IMG/VR virus record: IMGVR_UViG_3300032232_000301
Coordinates: 1-63,577 of that record
DNA: 63,577 nt
DNA from: a virus
Lineage: Duplodnaviria; Caudoviricetes
Reading direction: 5' to 3' (one strand)
Positions 1 through 9,700 of this stretch are shown here, piece by piece. The translations under genes were made by a program, and so were the position numbers. Under the pieces are notes generated by a model. It had not been told where the DNA came from and searched no databases. It saw only the letters and a program-made list of their open reading frames with translations. The first letter of the stretch is position 1. The number at the start of each line of letters is the position of its first letter.

Positions 1-2
1 AA

Positions 3-122
3 AGTTTTGCTGGCGATTATTTTAGTAATACGCCGACTATTCCGGGTGAAGGAATACGTGCAAATACATCGGTATATGCAGAAATTTCCAATATGGATTC
101 AATACAAATTTATTATGGCTAA
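3..122 (+). CDS. 3' end of a small virion-region protein (partial, cut by window start)
   Basis: Open frame SFAGDYFSNTPTIPGEGIRANTSVYAEISNMDSIQIYYG ends at TAA 120-122 and overlaps the next ATG at 115. Confidence 0.6.
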   Translation, partial: SFAGDYFSNTPTIPGEGIRANTSVYAEISNMDSIQIYYG

Positions 123-360
123 GTCACCAGCATGGCAGAGGAAAGAAGGCAAGTCCGAGAAGGGCGGCTTGAACGCCAAGGGTCGGGCCTCCGCGAAAGC
201 GCAAGGTATGAACTTGAAGGCTCCCCAGCCCGAAGGCGGCTCCCGGCGCGACTCTTTCTGTGCGAGGATGGGCGGCATGAAAAAGAAGCTAACGAGTGCA
301 AAGACAGCCAACGATCCGGATTCACGGATCAATAAAGCATTGAGGGCTTGGAATTGTTAG
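115..360 (+). CDS. Conserved small basic phage protein (DUF6321-like)
   Basis: MAKSPAWQRKEGK...RRDSFCARM...ALRAWNC; start moved to the ATG overlapping the upstream stop; family name from recall. Confidence 0.75.
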   Translation: MAKSPAWQRKEGKSEKGGLNAKGRASAKAQGMNLKAPQPEGGSRRDSFCARMGGMKKKLTSAKTANDPDSRINKALRAWNC

Positions 361-593
361 ATCTAAATACAGTTTGGTCATCAATCCTATCCTTAGTGAT
401 CGGATTGTTTGCTTACATGATGAATGAAAAGTTCAGGGAACTGACTCGTATCACGATCCTGTTGAACAAAACACGCGAGGAGGTTGCCCGTGATAACGTT
501 ACTCAAGCAGAAATTGACCGCATTACAAACCACATTGACCAACGCTTTAACAAACTTGAAGCGAAAATTGACCAGCTTATTCAAAAAGGATAA
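348..593 (+). CDS. Small protein with N-terminal transmembrane helix and coiled coil
   Basis: Hydrophobic N-terminus followed by heptad-like C-terminus; lies within the operon. Confidence 0.7.
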   Translation: MELLDLNTVWSSILSLVIGLFAYMMNEKFRELTRITILLNKTREEVARDNVTQAEIDRITNHIDQRFNKLEAKIDQLIQKG

Positions 594-599
594 CTAATC

Positions 600-869
600 A
601 TGTCAAATGGGAATCCTGCACCGCCACCACCACCGCCCAGAAGCGAGGGTTCCCCAAATTTTGAGGGGGGATCTTCATCACTTGGTAAAAGCCTTCGTGA
701 TGCTGTAAGCGTTCCAATTGGCGGCGGTACGCTAGAACCCGCCAAAGTTGGCAAAGGATATGGCGTTCGTTGGAGTAAAAGTTTTAATAAAGGCGGTAAA
801 GTTGGTTCCGCTTCTAAACGCGCCGATGGCATAGCCCAACGTGGTAAAACTAAGGGCCGGGTGCTGTAA
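600..869 (+). CDS. Small basic protein with GG and ADG tags
   Basis: FNKGG motif and C-terminal RADGIAQRGKTKGRVL; AAGGA Shine-Dalgarno. Confidence 0.75.
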   Translation: MSNGNPAPPPPPPRSEGSPNFEGGSSSLGKSLRDAVSVPIGGGTLEPAKVGKGYGVRWSKSFNKGGKVGSASKRADGIAQRGKTKGRVL

Positions 870-1387
870 TGCCAAGCACTAGCAAGAAACAACACAATTT
901 TATGGCGGCTGTGGCTAATAACCCAGCGTTTGCTAAGAAAGCAGGCGTCCCACAATCCGTGGGTAAAGAGTTCAACAATGCCGATAAAGGCAAAACTTTT
1001 AAACAAGGTGGCAACATGAAGAAAATGAATATGGGCGGATACGCAGACGGTGGCATGACCATGGTCAACAAGGGTGGCAAAATGGTTCCTGACTTTGCTG
1101 CTGACGGCATAGGCAAAATGAATAAAGGCGGCATGGCTAAAGCAGACATGAAGCAAGACAAATCAATGATGCAAAAAGCCGTGAACAAACACGAAGGCCG
1201 TTTGCACAAAGGCGAGTCCATGACCAAGCTGGCTAAAGGCGGCTCAGCAAAGTACATGTCATTTGATTCAAGTGGCAAACCTTCTGGAATGAAGGCAGTT
1301 AAAACCTCTCCTACCCGTGATGGTGTTGCCACTAAAGGTAAAACCAAGGGCAAGATGATTACAATGAAAAATGGCGGAAAGTGCTAA
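869..1387 (+). CDS. Lys/Met/Gly-rich basic protein with seven x-x-x-GG repeats
   Basis: TAATG coupling to the previous gene; FKQGG, MNMGG, YADGG, VNKGG, MNKGG, LAKGG, MKNGG. Confidence 0.8.
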   Translation: MPSTSKKQHNFMAAVANNPAFAKKAGVPQSVGKEFNNADKGKTFKQGGNMKKMNMGGYADGGMTMVNKGGKMVPDFAADGIGKMNKGGMAKADMKQDKSMMQKAVNKHEGRLHKGESMTKLAKGGSAKYMSFDSSGKPSGMKAVKTSPTRDGVATKGKTKGKMITMKNGGKC

Positions 1388-1396
1388 GGAGCAATC

Positions 1397-2479
1397 ATGG
1401 CTAGAAAACCTATGAAATTTAAACGCTACGAAGAAGGCGGAGACGTTGAAGAGTCAAAAGCCAAGCAACGTGGTTTAGAGATGTCCAACAAAGAAGCGCC
1501 TGTTGGGTTTTTTGAACGTTTCCGCATGGGCAATATAGACGATCCAAGCTCCGAAGCATACAAACGTTTTGGTGCAGGTCGTGGACGCTCGGAAGCTCCT
1601 GCCAAACAGGAAGAATCAGCACCGGCGCCTGTGGCTAGGCCTTCAATGAAGCCCCGTCCAATAGAACGTGCCTTATCAGATGATATGTATTCTGATACAG
1701 GTTCTAAAACTGGATTTGGTTCGGCTGGCACAAAATACAACGTTGCTGCAAGTTCTTCTCGCCCTTCTGATGCTATTGATTTACCATCATTACCGGCTAT
1801 GACTAAGTTTCCAGAAACTAAAAACAAGCCTTCAACACCTAAACCTACTGCATCTAAGCCTACCGCATCTAAACCGGCTGCATCCAAGCCTAGTGATTCT
1901 GGCGCAAGTTCCTCTACCAAGTCTGATGCGTCTCAGATTCCCGGCTCATCTGTTAAAGCTCCTGAAGGGGGAGAGAAGATTGATTCCTCAGAAACAGAAC
2001 GCAACATCAATGCTGCATTAACCGCAACAGGGTTAGGCGGTGCTGCGGCTGGCGCATACAAACTTAAAAAAATGTACGACGCGTCGAAAGCAGCTAAACA
2101 AGCACTATCCAGTACTAAAAGACTTGAGCGTCCCGGAACAGTGGCCGGTAAAGACTTTGTTGTTCGTGACTACGAAGGCGCAGCAAAAACTGCGTCTAAA
2201 GGAGTCCCTAAGAAACAATTAAGCTATAAAAAAGATTCTGACGTAACTGATGTAACTCCTAAAAAATCAAGCTACCGGAGTGAGACTAACCCTACCAAAC
2301 GTGAAGATGCTAGGGCCGATGAAGCTCGTGATAGCTTGGAAAAATGGTTAAAACGTGGCTACGAAATGAAAAAAGGCGGCGCAGTTAAGAAGTATGCTTC
2401 CGGCGGATCGGTTTCATCTGCATCTAGTCGTGCCGACGGTATTGCCTCTAAAGGCAAGACTCGTGGTAGGATTTGCTAA
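1397..2479 (+). CDS. Low-complexity basic protein, probable internal virion protein
   Basis: AAGGAG RBS; KPTAS repeats; YEEGG, MKKGG, YASGG and terminal RADGIASKGKTRGRIC. Confidence 0.8.
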   Translation: MARKPMKFKRYEEGGDVEESKAKQRGLEMSNKEAPVGFFERFRMGNIDDPSSEAYKRFGAGRGRSEAPAKQEESAPAPVARPSMKPRPIERALSDDMYSDTGSKTGFGSAGTKYNVAASSSRPSDAIDLPSLPAMTKFPETKNKPSTPKPTASKPTASKPAASKPSDSGASSSTKSDASQIPGSSVKAPEGGEKIDSSETERNINAALTATGLGGAAAGAYKLKKMYDASKAAKQALSSTKRLERPGTVAGKDFVVRDYEGAAKTASKGVPKKQLSYKKDSDVTDVTPKKSSYRSETNPTKREDARADEARDSLEKWLKRGYEMKKGGAVKKYASGGSVSSASSRADGIASKGKTRGRIC

Positions 2480-2488
2480 GGAAGCATT

Positions 2489-2764
2489 ATGAAAAAATAC
2501 GCTGAAGGCGGTATTTACACTGCAGAAATGGGTCAACCACCCATGGACCCTGAAGGTGCGCCAGCGTCTAAAAAACCCGCTGCTAAAACACCACCTCCTA
2601 AGAAAACTGCGCCCCCAAAAGACACAGTGTTTCGCGAAGGCATGCCAGTGCCACAAGATGTTGACGGTGGCTCTGTCCCCCGTAAGAAAAAAATGGCTAG
2701 TGGTGGCGTAACCCGTGCAGACGGTATTGCTCAGCGTGGTAAGACACGCGGAAAGATGTGCTAA
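2489..2764 (+). CDS. Small basic protein with GG and ADG tags
   Basis: MKKYAEGG...KKMASGGVTRADGIAQRGKTRGKMC. Confidence 0.8.
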   Translation: MKKYAEGGIYTAEMGQPPMDPEGAPASKKPAAKTPPPKKTAPPKDTVFREGMPVPQDVDGGSVPRKKKMASGGVTRADGIAQRGKTRGKMC

Positions 2765-2767
2765 ATC

Positions 2768-3052
2768 ATGATGGCAAGCCGTGGAATGGGAGCAATGTCC
2801 CCCTCTAAAATGCCCGGTGGGAAGAAGAAAGCCCGCCGTGACGACACTGACTTTACGCAGTATAAAGAGGGTGGTAAAGTAAAGTCTAAGGTAAATGAAT
2901 CTGGCAACTACACCAAGCCTGAGCTACGCAAACGGATTTTTAACAGTGTTAAAGCCGCCGCAGTGCAAGGCACTGGTGCAGGTCAGTGGTCAGCTCGTAA
3001 AGCCCAGTTAATGGCTAAACGCTACAAAGCAGCAGGTGGTGGCTATAAATGA
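2768..3052 (+). CDS. Basic protein, DUF5872-like N-terminal half
   Basis: NYTKPELRKRI...GQWSARKAQLMAKRYKAAGGGY; family from recall. Confidence 0.7.
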   Translation: MMASRGMGAMSPSKMPGGKKKARRDDTDFTQYKEGGKVKSKVNESGNYTKPELRKRIFNSVKAAAVQGTGAGQWSARKAQLMAKRYKAAGGGYK

Positions 3053-3282
3053 AAGCACCTCAGAAATCGCTTAAGGATTGGGGTGACCAGAAGTGGCGCA
3101 CTAAGTCTGGTAAACCGTCAAGCAAGACGGGAGAGCGGTATTTGCCTGAAGCAGCCATTAAGTCTTTGTCTCCCCAAGAGTATGCGGCTACAACCAAAGC
3201 CAAACGTGCTGGTAAAGCATCTGGCAAACAGTTTGTAGCCCAACCTAAAACAATTGCAAAGAAAACGGCAGGATTTAGATGA
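3049..3282 (+). CDS. Basic protein, DUF5872-like C-terminal half
   Basis: QKSLKDW...ERYLPEAAIKSLS...KQFVAQPK; ATGA overlaps at both ends. Confidence 0.7.
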   Translation: MKAPQKSLKDWGDQKWRTKSGKPSSKTGERYLPEAAIKSLSPQEYAATTKAKRAGKASGKQFVAQPKTIAKKTAGFR

Positions 3283-4208
3283 CCACTACCGGCTCAACCC
3301 TATTCAATATGGACTTCACGGAGATTGCCGAGGAAGCTTGGGAGCGGGCTGGTCGTGAAATGCGTTCTGGCTATGACCTGCGTACAGCACGCCGGTCGAT
3401 GAATCTGATGACTATCGAGTGGCAGTCTAAAGGCATCAACATGTGGACGATGGAGCAGGGAATTATCAACCTGACCCCGGGGCTTGCCACGTACGCGTTA
3501 CCAACCGACACAATTGATTTGTTAGAACATGTCATTCGTACTGGGTCCAATACTGCATCAACGCAGGCGGACTTAACAATTTCACGCATTAGCGTTTCTA
3601 CTTATGCAACTATTCCAAACAAGCTTAGCCAAGCTCGCCCAATTCAAGTCTGGATTCAAAGACTTTCTGGCGAAACTAACCCAACCAGTTCGGTCTTGGT
3701 GGGCGCAATTACGTCGACAGACACCACAATAACGCTTAACACAGTAGTTGGGCTGGCCGGATCAGGATTTATCCGCCTTGATTCAGAAGTAATTTATTAC
3801 ACATACGTCACGGGTAATGTGCTTGGTGGCGTATTCCGTGGGCAAAATAACACAACGGCAGCCTCTCATACCAACAGCACTGCGGTATTTGTACCACAGC
3901 TACCAGCGGTCACAGTCTGGCCAACCCCAGACAATAGCGTGCCTTACCAATTTGTCTACTACCGGCTTAGGCGCGTTCAAGATGCTGGCGCGGGTGTTGA
4001 GACAGCCGATATGAACTTCCGCTTCCTGCCCTGTTTGGTAGCGGGCTTGGCATACCATATCGCCATTAAAGTACCTGAGCTGATGCCCCGCATCCAAATG
4101 CTTAAACAGATTTACGATGAAACGTTTGAAATTGCGGCAGGCGAGGACCGGGAGAAGGCTCCGGTTAGGTTTGTTCCAAGACAACAATACATTGGTGGCA
4201 GTTACTAA
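3279..4208 (+). CDS. Probable head-tail adaptor/connector protein
   Basis: EEAWERAG...ARRSMNLMTIEW N-terminus and LVAGLAYHIA C-terminal helix are typical of podovirus adaptors; position in operon. Confidence 0.6.
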   Translation: MTTTGSTLFNMDFTEIAEEAWERAGREMRSGYDLRTARRSMNLMTIEWQSKGINMWTMEQGIINLTPGLATYALPTDTIDLLEHVIRTGSNTASTQADLTISRISVSTYATIPNKLSQARPIQVWIQRLSGETNPTSSVLVGAITSTDTTITLNTVVGLAGSGFIRLDSEVIYYTYVTGNVLGGVFRGQNNTTAASHTNSTAVFVPQLPAVTVWPTPDNSVPYQFVYYRLRRVQDAGAGVETADMNFRFLPCLVAGLAYHIAIKVPELMPRIQMLKQIYDETFEIAAGEDREKAPVRFVPRQQYIGGSY

Positions 4209-4591
4209 TGGGCAATAGATTCGCATCCGGCAAGATAGCGATTGCTGAATGTGATCGCTGTGGCCAGCAGTTCAAACTCAAGCAGCTTAAGACTGAGATC
4301 ATTAAGCAGCGTAAGTATGAGTTATTGGTATGCCCCGCATGTTGGGATCCGGATCAGCCGCAGTTGATGTTAGGTACGTTTCCTGTAGATGATCCGCAGG
4401 CTTTGCGTAACCCACGCAAGGACACAACGTATGTGACTTCGGGTGTGAATGCAAACGGTAACTTGTCTGGTGGTTCACGGGACATTCAGTGGGGCTGGGC
4501 ACCTGTAGGCGGGGCCAGTTTTAATGATGCAGGTTTGACACCAAACTACTTGATAGCAACCACGTTTGTGGGTACAGTTAGCATAACTTAA
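4208..4591 (+). CDS. Zinc-ribbon-containing virion-region protein
   Basis: CDRC...CPAC followed by WDPDQPQL. Confidence 0.7.
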   Translation: MGNRFASGKIAIAECDRCGQQFKLKQLKTEIIKQRKYELLVCPACWDPDQPQLMLGTFPVDDPQALRNPRKDTTYVTSGVNANGNLSGGSRDIQWGWAPVGGASFNDAGLTPNYLIATTFVGTVSIT

Positions 4592-4601
4592 GGAGCTTAA
4601 A

Positions 4602-4790
4602 ATGGCATTTACAAAATCAGCAGACGGCATTGCTAAAAAAGGCAAGACCGAAGGTAAAAACTACGGCGATAGCGGTCCTGTTGCTAAAATGATGCACGGC
4701 GGTATGGGTAAAGGCAAAGGCAAAACCAACGCCGACATGAAGTCAATGGGTCGTGGTTTGGCTAAAATTGCTAATCAAAAGCGAGGTTAA
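4602..4790 (+). CDS. Small basic protein with N-terminal ADG tag
   Basis: SADGIAKKGKTEGK and MMHGG; AAGGAG RBS. Confidence 0.75.
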   Translation: MAFTKSADGIAKKGKTEGKNYGDSGPVAKMMHGGMGKGKGKTNADMKSMGRGLAKIANQKRG

Positions 4791-4792
4791 TC

Positions 4793-5056
4793 ATGGCTAC
4801 ATTCAGCAAGAAATTAATGGGTAAAGAAGTTGGCGATGCCAAAGTCTATGCCACCCCCCACACCATGACTGGTAAGGTTGTTAAAGCTACCGACAATCCC
4901 GGTTCTGGCCCTGACCACAGCGATGCCAATACAGTCAATATGTCTGTTGGCAACATTAGTCGCCGTGCACAGCCAGCAACTAAGACAACTGGTATCAAAG
5001 TACGCGGTACTGGCGCAGCCACTAAAGGCTTGATGGCACGAGGCCCGATGGCATGA
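4793..5056 (+). CDS. Small basic protein
   Basis: Tight coupling; GIKVRGTGAATKG motif near C-terminus. Confidence 0.7.
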   Translation: MATFSKKLMGKEVGDAKVYATPHTMTGKVVKATDNPGSGPDHSDANTVNMSVGNISRRAQPATKTTGIKVRGTGAATKGLMARGPMA

Positions 5057-5718
5057 ACTACTCCCAGCTTGTCACGCAGGTAAGCGATTACTGCGAGAAC
5101 TCTTTCCCAACTGACAATATGAATACGTTCATTCGTCAGGCGGAGCAGCGCATCTATAACACTGCGCAGCCAGCCAATTTAAGAAAGAACGTGACAGGTA
5201 GCATCACTTCGGTCAACAAGTATTTGTCAGCACCGGATGATTTTCTATCGGTATATTCACTTGCGGTATACCCAACAGCTGGCGGTGACTTTCTATATTT
5301 GCTGAACAAAGATGTGAACTTCATGCGTGAAGCATATCCAAACCCAGCAAGCACAGGTAAGCCAAAACATTACGCTATTTTTGGTCCGACTGTAACGTCT
5401 GTGGGCGTAGTAACTAACGAGTTGTCGTTTATTGTTGGCCCAACACCAGACGCAGCATACAACGTTGAGCTGCACTATTACTACTACCCAGAATCTATTG
5501 TTACTGCAAGCACCACATGGCTGGGCGATAACTTTGACTCTGTGTTGTTGTATGGCACTATCTGTGAAGCCCTCGTTTACATGAAGGGTGACCAAGGCAT
5601 GTTAACTGTCGCTCAAGAGCGTTATGTTCAGGCTATTGCTCTGTATAAAAACTTGTCAGATGGCAAACAACGCGCCGATGCGTATCGTGATGGACAAGTT
5701 AGGGTTGCTGTTTCATGA
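5053..5718 (+). CDS. Probable second adaptor-like structural protein
   Basis: FIRQAEQRI...GKPKHYA...WLGDNFDSVLLYG pattern; ATGA coupling. Confidence 0.55.
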   Translation: MNYSQLVTQVSDYCENSFPTDNMNTFIRQAEQRIYNTAQPANLRKNVTGSITSVNKYLSAPDDFLSVYSLAVYPTAGGDFLYLLNKDVNFMREAYPNPASTGKPKHYAIFGPTVTSVGVVTNELSFIVGPTPDAAYNVELHYYYYPESIVTASTTWLGDNFDSVLLYGTICEALVYMKGDQGMLTVAQERYVQAIALYKNLSDGKQRADAYRDGQVRVAVS

Positions 5719-6131
5719 GCTCGATTGTCCAAACACAAACCACCAGCTTCAAAACGGAGCTGTATACAGCCATTCACAATTTGTCTACTGACACATTGAA
5801 GATTGCTCTGTATACGGCCAACGCTAATTTAAACGAAGCAACCACTGTTTACTCAACAACTAGCGAAGTGACTGGCGGTGGTTATACGGCGGGCGGTGTT
5901 GTGTTGACGGGCGTGACGATTAGCTCTGACGGTTACACAGCTTATGTGAACTTTAACAACGCATCATTTAGTGCAGCAGTGACAGCTAGGTGTGCATTAA
6001 TTTACAATGCAAGCAAGGCTAACCGTTCAATCGCTGTGCTGGATTTTGGATCTGATAAAACATCAAGTAGTTTCACCATCACAATGCCAGCTAACACGGC
6101 GACATCAGCGTTAATTCGCTCTTCTAATTAA
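5715..6131 (+). CDS. Virion structural protein (tail-associated)
   Basis: LKIALYT...GYTAGG...VLDFG; Thr/Ser/Ala-rich. Confidence 0.6.
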   Translation: MSSIVQTQTTSFKTELYTAIHNLSTDTLKIALYTANANLNEATTVYSTTSEVTGGGYTAGGVVLTGVTISSDGYTAYVNFNNASFSAAVTARCALIYNASKANRSIAVLDFGSDKTSSSFTITMPANTATSALIRSSN

Positions 6132-6140
6132 GAGGTAATC

Positions 6141-6746
6141 ATGACTAAAGAATTCTCTAGCTTTGGCGACAACGCGCAGATCAGTATGCAATCTAACGTT
6201 GCTGGCACTGAGACTGTCGGTATTGAGGGCGTTTACCACGTAGTCTGCCGTGATGCTGAAGGCAATGTGAAGTGGGAAGATCAATTCCCTAACCTTGTGA
6301 ACGCCGTTGGTAAGCAGTTGATGCTTGACACTTTGTTGTCTGGCGCAGCTTATACAACCGTTGGCCCATACCTTGGTTTGATCTCAGGTGCTAGCCCCAC
6401 ATTTGCGGCTGCTGACACTATGGCTTCACACGCTGGTTGGACTGAGTTCATCAACTACACAGTTGGCGGCTCCGCTGTTCGTGGCACGGCAGTGTTTACG
6501 TCGGCCACATCTACTGGCACAACTCCTACCAACGTAACTACTAAAGCTGCTGCGGCTATCACCTACACCATCACCGGTGCGGGCGGTACAGTGGGCGGTT
6601 GCTTCTTGGTGACAGGTTCTGGCGCTTCGTCTACTCAAAGCAATACTTCCGGTACGTTGTACAGCGCTGGCGCATTTGCTACAGCCAAGGTTACAACTGC
6701 TGGCGATACTGTTTCAGTTACATACAGCACCACTGCAACATCTTAA
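6141..6746 (+). CDS. Virion structural protein (tail-associated)
   Basis: Beta-rich Thr/Gly/Ala protein immediately before the tail fibre; GAGG RBS. Confidence 0.6.
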   Translation: MTKEFSSFGDNAQISMQSNVAGTETVGIEGVYHVVCRDAEGNVKWEDQFPNLVNAVGKQLMLDTLLSGAAYTTVGPYLGLISGASPTFAAADTMASHAGWTEFINYTVGGSAVRGTAVFTSATSTGTTPTNVTTKAAAAITYTITGAGGTVGGCFLVTGSGASSTQSNTSGTLYSAGAFATAKVTTAGDTVSVTYSTTATS

Positions 6747-6761
6747 TAAGGGGTCGTTTAA

Positions 6762-9700
6762 ATGGCTCTGGCACTCTTTGATCGTGTCCAAGAGACAACG
6801 ACAACAACAGGCACTGGCTCAGTAACGCTGGCCGGTGCTGTCCCCGGCTTTCAGACGTTTGCTGTCGTTGGCAATGGAAACACTTGTTACTACACCATCG
6901 TAGACGGTTCTACATGGGAGGTGGGTGTTGGCACGTACTCAACTACTGGCCCTACGCTTGCGCGTACAACTATCCTGTCTAACTCCAGTGGCAACCTTTC
7001 GCCAATCACACTGACGGCTGGAGTCAAGAGCGTATTCTTGACATACCCTGCGGGGAAGTCCGTCAATCTAAACGAGAGCGGCAACGTCAGTCCTCTGGGT
7101 ACAGTGTCTTCTGGTGTGTGGCAAGGCTCAACCGTTGGCGTGGCTTATGGTGGCACAGGCGTAACCGCATCTTCTGGCGCTAACAGCGTAATGCTTAGGG
7201 ATGCCAACCAGAACGTGAATGTCAACCGACTTAATCAAGCAAACACTGATACTGCCGCTGCTGGTGGAACGACAACTTTAACTGCGGCCTCAACCTACTC
7301 CCAAACGTTGACTGGTACAGGTTCACAAACCTTTACAATGCCTGACGCTACCACCCTAACAACGGGTGTGGCTTTTGTGTTTAACAACAACGCAACGGGT
7401 ACGTTAACCTTAGCAAATTATGCGGCTACCACTATAGGAGTTATTCCTTCTGGCGGGGCAGTTGCATTAATTTTGCTTGCCAACGGCACTACTGGCGGCA
7501 CATGGAACTATCATGGTTTTGCTCCAGAAAATATTCAATGGGGAACAAATTCTTTATATCTAGCTAATGATGTTATCACTGGCGGCACATGGAACGGCGG
7601 AACAATTGGCACGGCCTACGGCGGCACGGGCCTCACAAGCTACACAAGCGGCGGCGCAGTTTACGCTAACAGCTCCTCAACGCTGACATCGGGCACTTTG
7701 CCTGTCACGGCTGGTGGTACGGGTGCAACCACTGCGGCGGGTGCGCAGTCTAGTTTAAATGTCCCATCGACAACAGGTTCAGGCGCAAGCGGGACTTGGG
7801 GTATTAGTATTACAGGCTCTGCTTCAGGCAGTGCAGGCTCTGTGGCTAACGCAGCCACGTTCAATAGCGGTGGTGCTGGTGACGCATCGGGCACAACCTT
7901 TAACGGTTCTGCTGCGCGAACAATTTCATACAACACCATTGGTGCACCAAGCACAACAGGCACAAATGCTTCAGGTACATGGGGCATTAACGTAACTGGA
8001 ACTTCTGGATCAATCTCTGGGTTTAACAACCCCACCACTGCACCCACTGCAAATACTATTGCGTACCGTACTGCTGATGGGGATATAGCGGCTAGAGAAA
8101 TTATTTTAAGTTCTGGATTGCAAAGTGTTACTCCTACGGTGCTTGTTGGGATGTACCCAACTACAAACCAACTGGTTCGGATGACTCCCGCAGCTGTAGC
8201 GGCTGCAATTCAAACCGGAGCGACTGGTACTTGGGCAATTAATATTAGCGGAAATGCGGCTACGGCTACAACAGCAGCTAACTACTTACCGTTAACAGGC
8301 GGCACACTTTCTGGCGACTTGCTGTTTAGTAACAGCGGCCTAACCAAGCGCGGTATTATGGGTACCGTTGGCGATAACGACTATTGGTTTGTTGGCGGCG
8401 GAGCAACCGCGTCTAATACAGGCTTCATGGAAATTGCTACAGGCGATGATGGCCAAACTGCGGGCACGTATGAACCAATTTATGCTTCTCAGTATGGCCC
8501 CGGCAATCCTCTGACTGGAACACTAGTACGGCGTGCTTCGTTGCTGGATGCAAACGGGAACACTACTTTCCCGGGTTCTGTTGGCATTAATGTTGATCCT
8601 GCTGCTAGACTTCATGTAAGGCAATCAACCCCAACAGGCCTTGGCGGTGTGCCAGCTGGCGTGACGATGATTAGTGACTCGTCAACCAACAACTATTTGT
8701 TGTTTAGAAACACTGCTGATAATGGAACTTATGCAGGACTTGCATTTCAAGATAACAACATGGGCGGATATGTTGTATTTGGCAATTCTGGCGCAACTCC
8801 TAGCGATCAATTGGCTATTGCTGGGTACAGCGGGGGTATTCTTCAGTATGGCACGTCAGATTCAATTAACCCTGCCGCAAGAACCACAGCTGCGTCTTGG
8901 AACAGCACGGGTCTCCAAGTTAATAACGGTGATATGCGTGCGCCAATTTATTACGATAGCAACAACACTGCGTATTACGTAGACCCGGCAAGCACATCTA
9001 TTCTTAATACCATAGGCTTTAACGGCACTAGCGCAAATGCTTTTGGTAATTATTGGGCTGGCGCTGTAGGGTATCCCGCATATCAATTTACTGGTGGTAA
9101 TAGCCGTTTTGGTTTCAGTAGTACTTCTGGTTACGTTGATGTTTACACAGATGGCAACTACTATGGCGGTATAGATTTATATGGTGCAAGTCGATTAGTT
9201 CCATTGTTTGATGCTAACCAAGGTGGTGGCGCGTTGTACTCAAGCATTATTTACGACAGCAACAACACTGCTTTTTATTTAGACCCTAACGGTACATCCG
9301 TTTTAAATATTTTAGACGCACCCGCGCTAAACGATTCCAGACTGTATTTACGCACTAGAGGCGACACTAATCACTACTTGTGGAACGCAGGCGATGATTG
9401 GGAAGAATTAGTTGCTTATTCAGGTACGGGCTTTAGGGTTGCCAACAGTACTGGTGTTGGCGCAATTTTAACTTGCTTTGGTTCAGACAATGGTAACTAT
9501 GTGCAAGCAAGAGGGTCAATGCGCGCGCCCATTTTCTACGACAGTGATAACACAGGCTACTATGCCGATTTTTCAAGCACCGCAGGCGATTGCGCAAGGT
9601 TTGCGGGCGGTATTGTTGTATCCCAAGGCAACGTAACGGGCAACGGTATTATTTTGGCCGACGACGGCGACATCGTTGACTTGAATGATGGCTACTGCTC

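Noticed and set aside
810-4665. GIAxxGKT tags as Walker A P-loops
   Set aside because: They match GxxxxGKT superficially, but sit at the termini of short disordered proteins with no preceding beta-strand or Walker B motif
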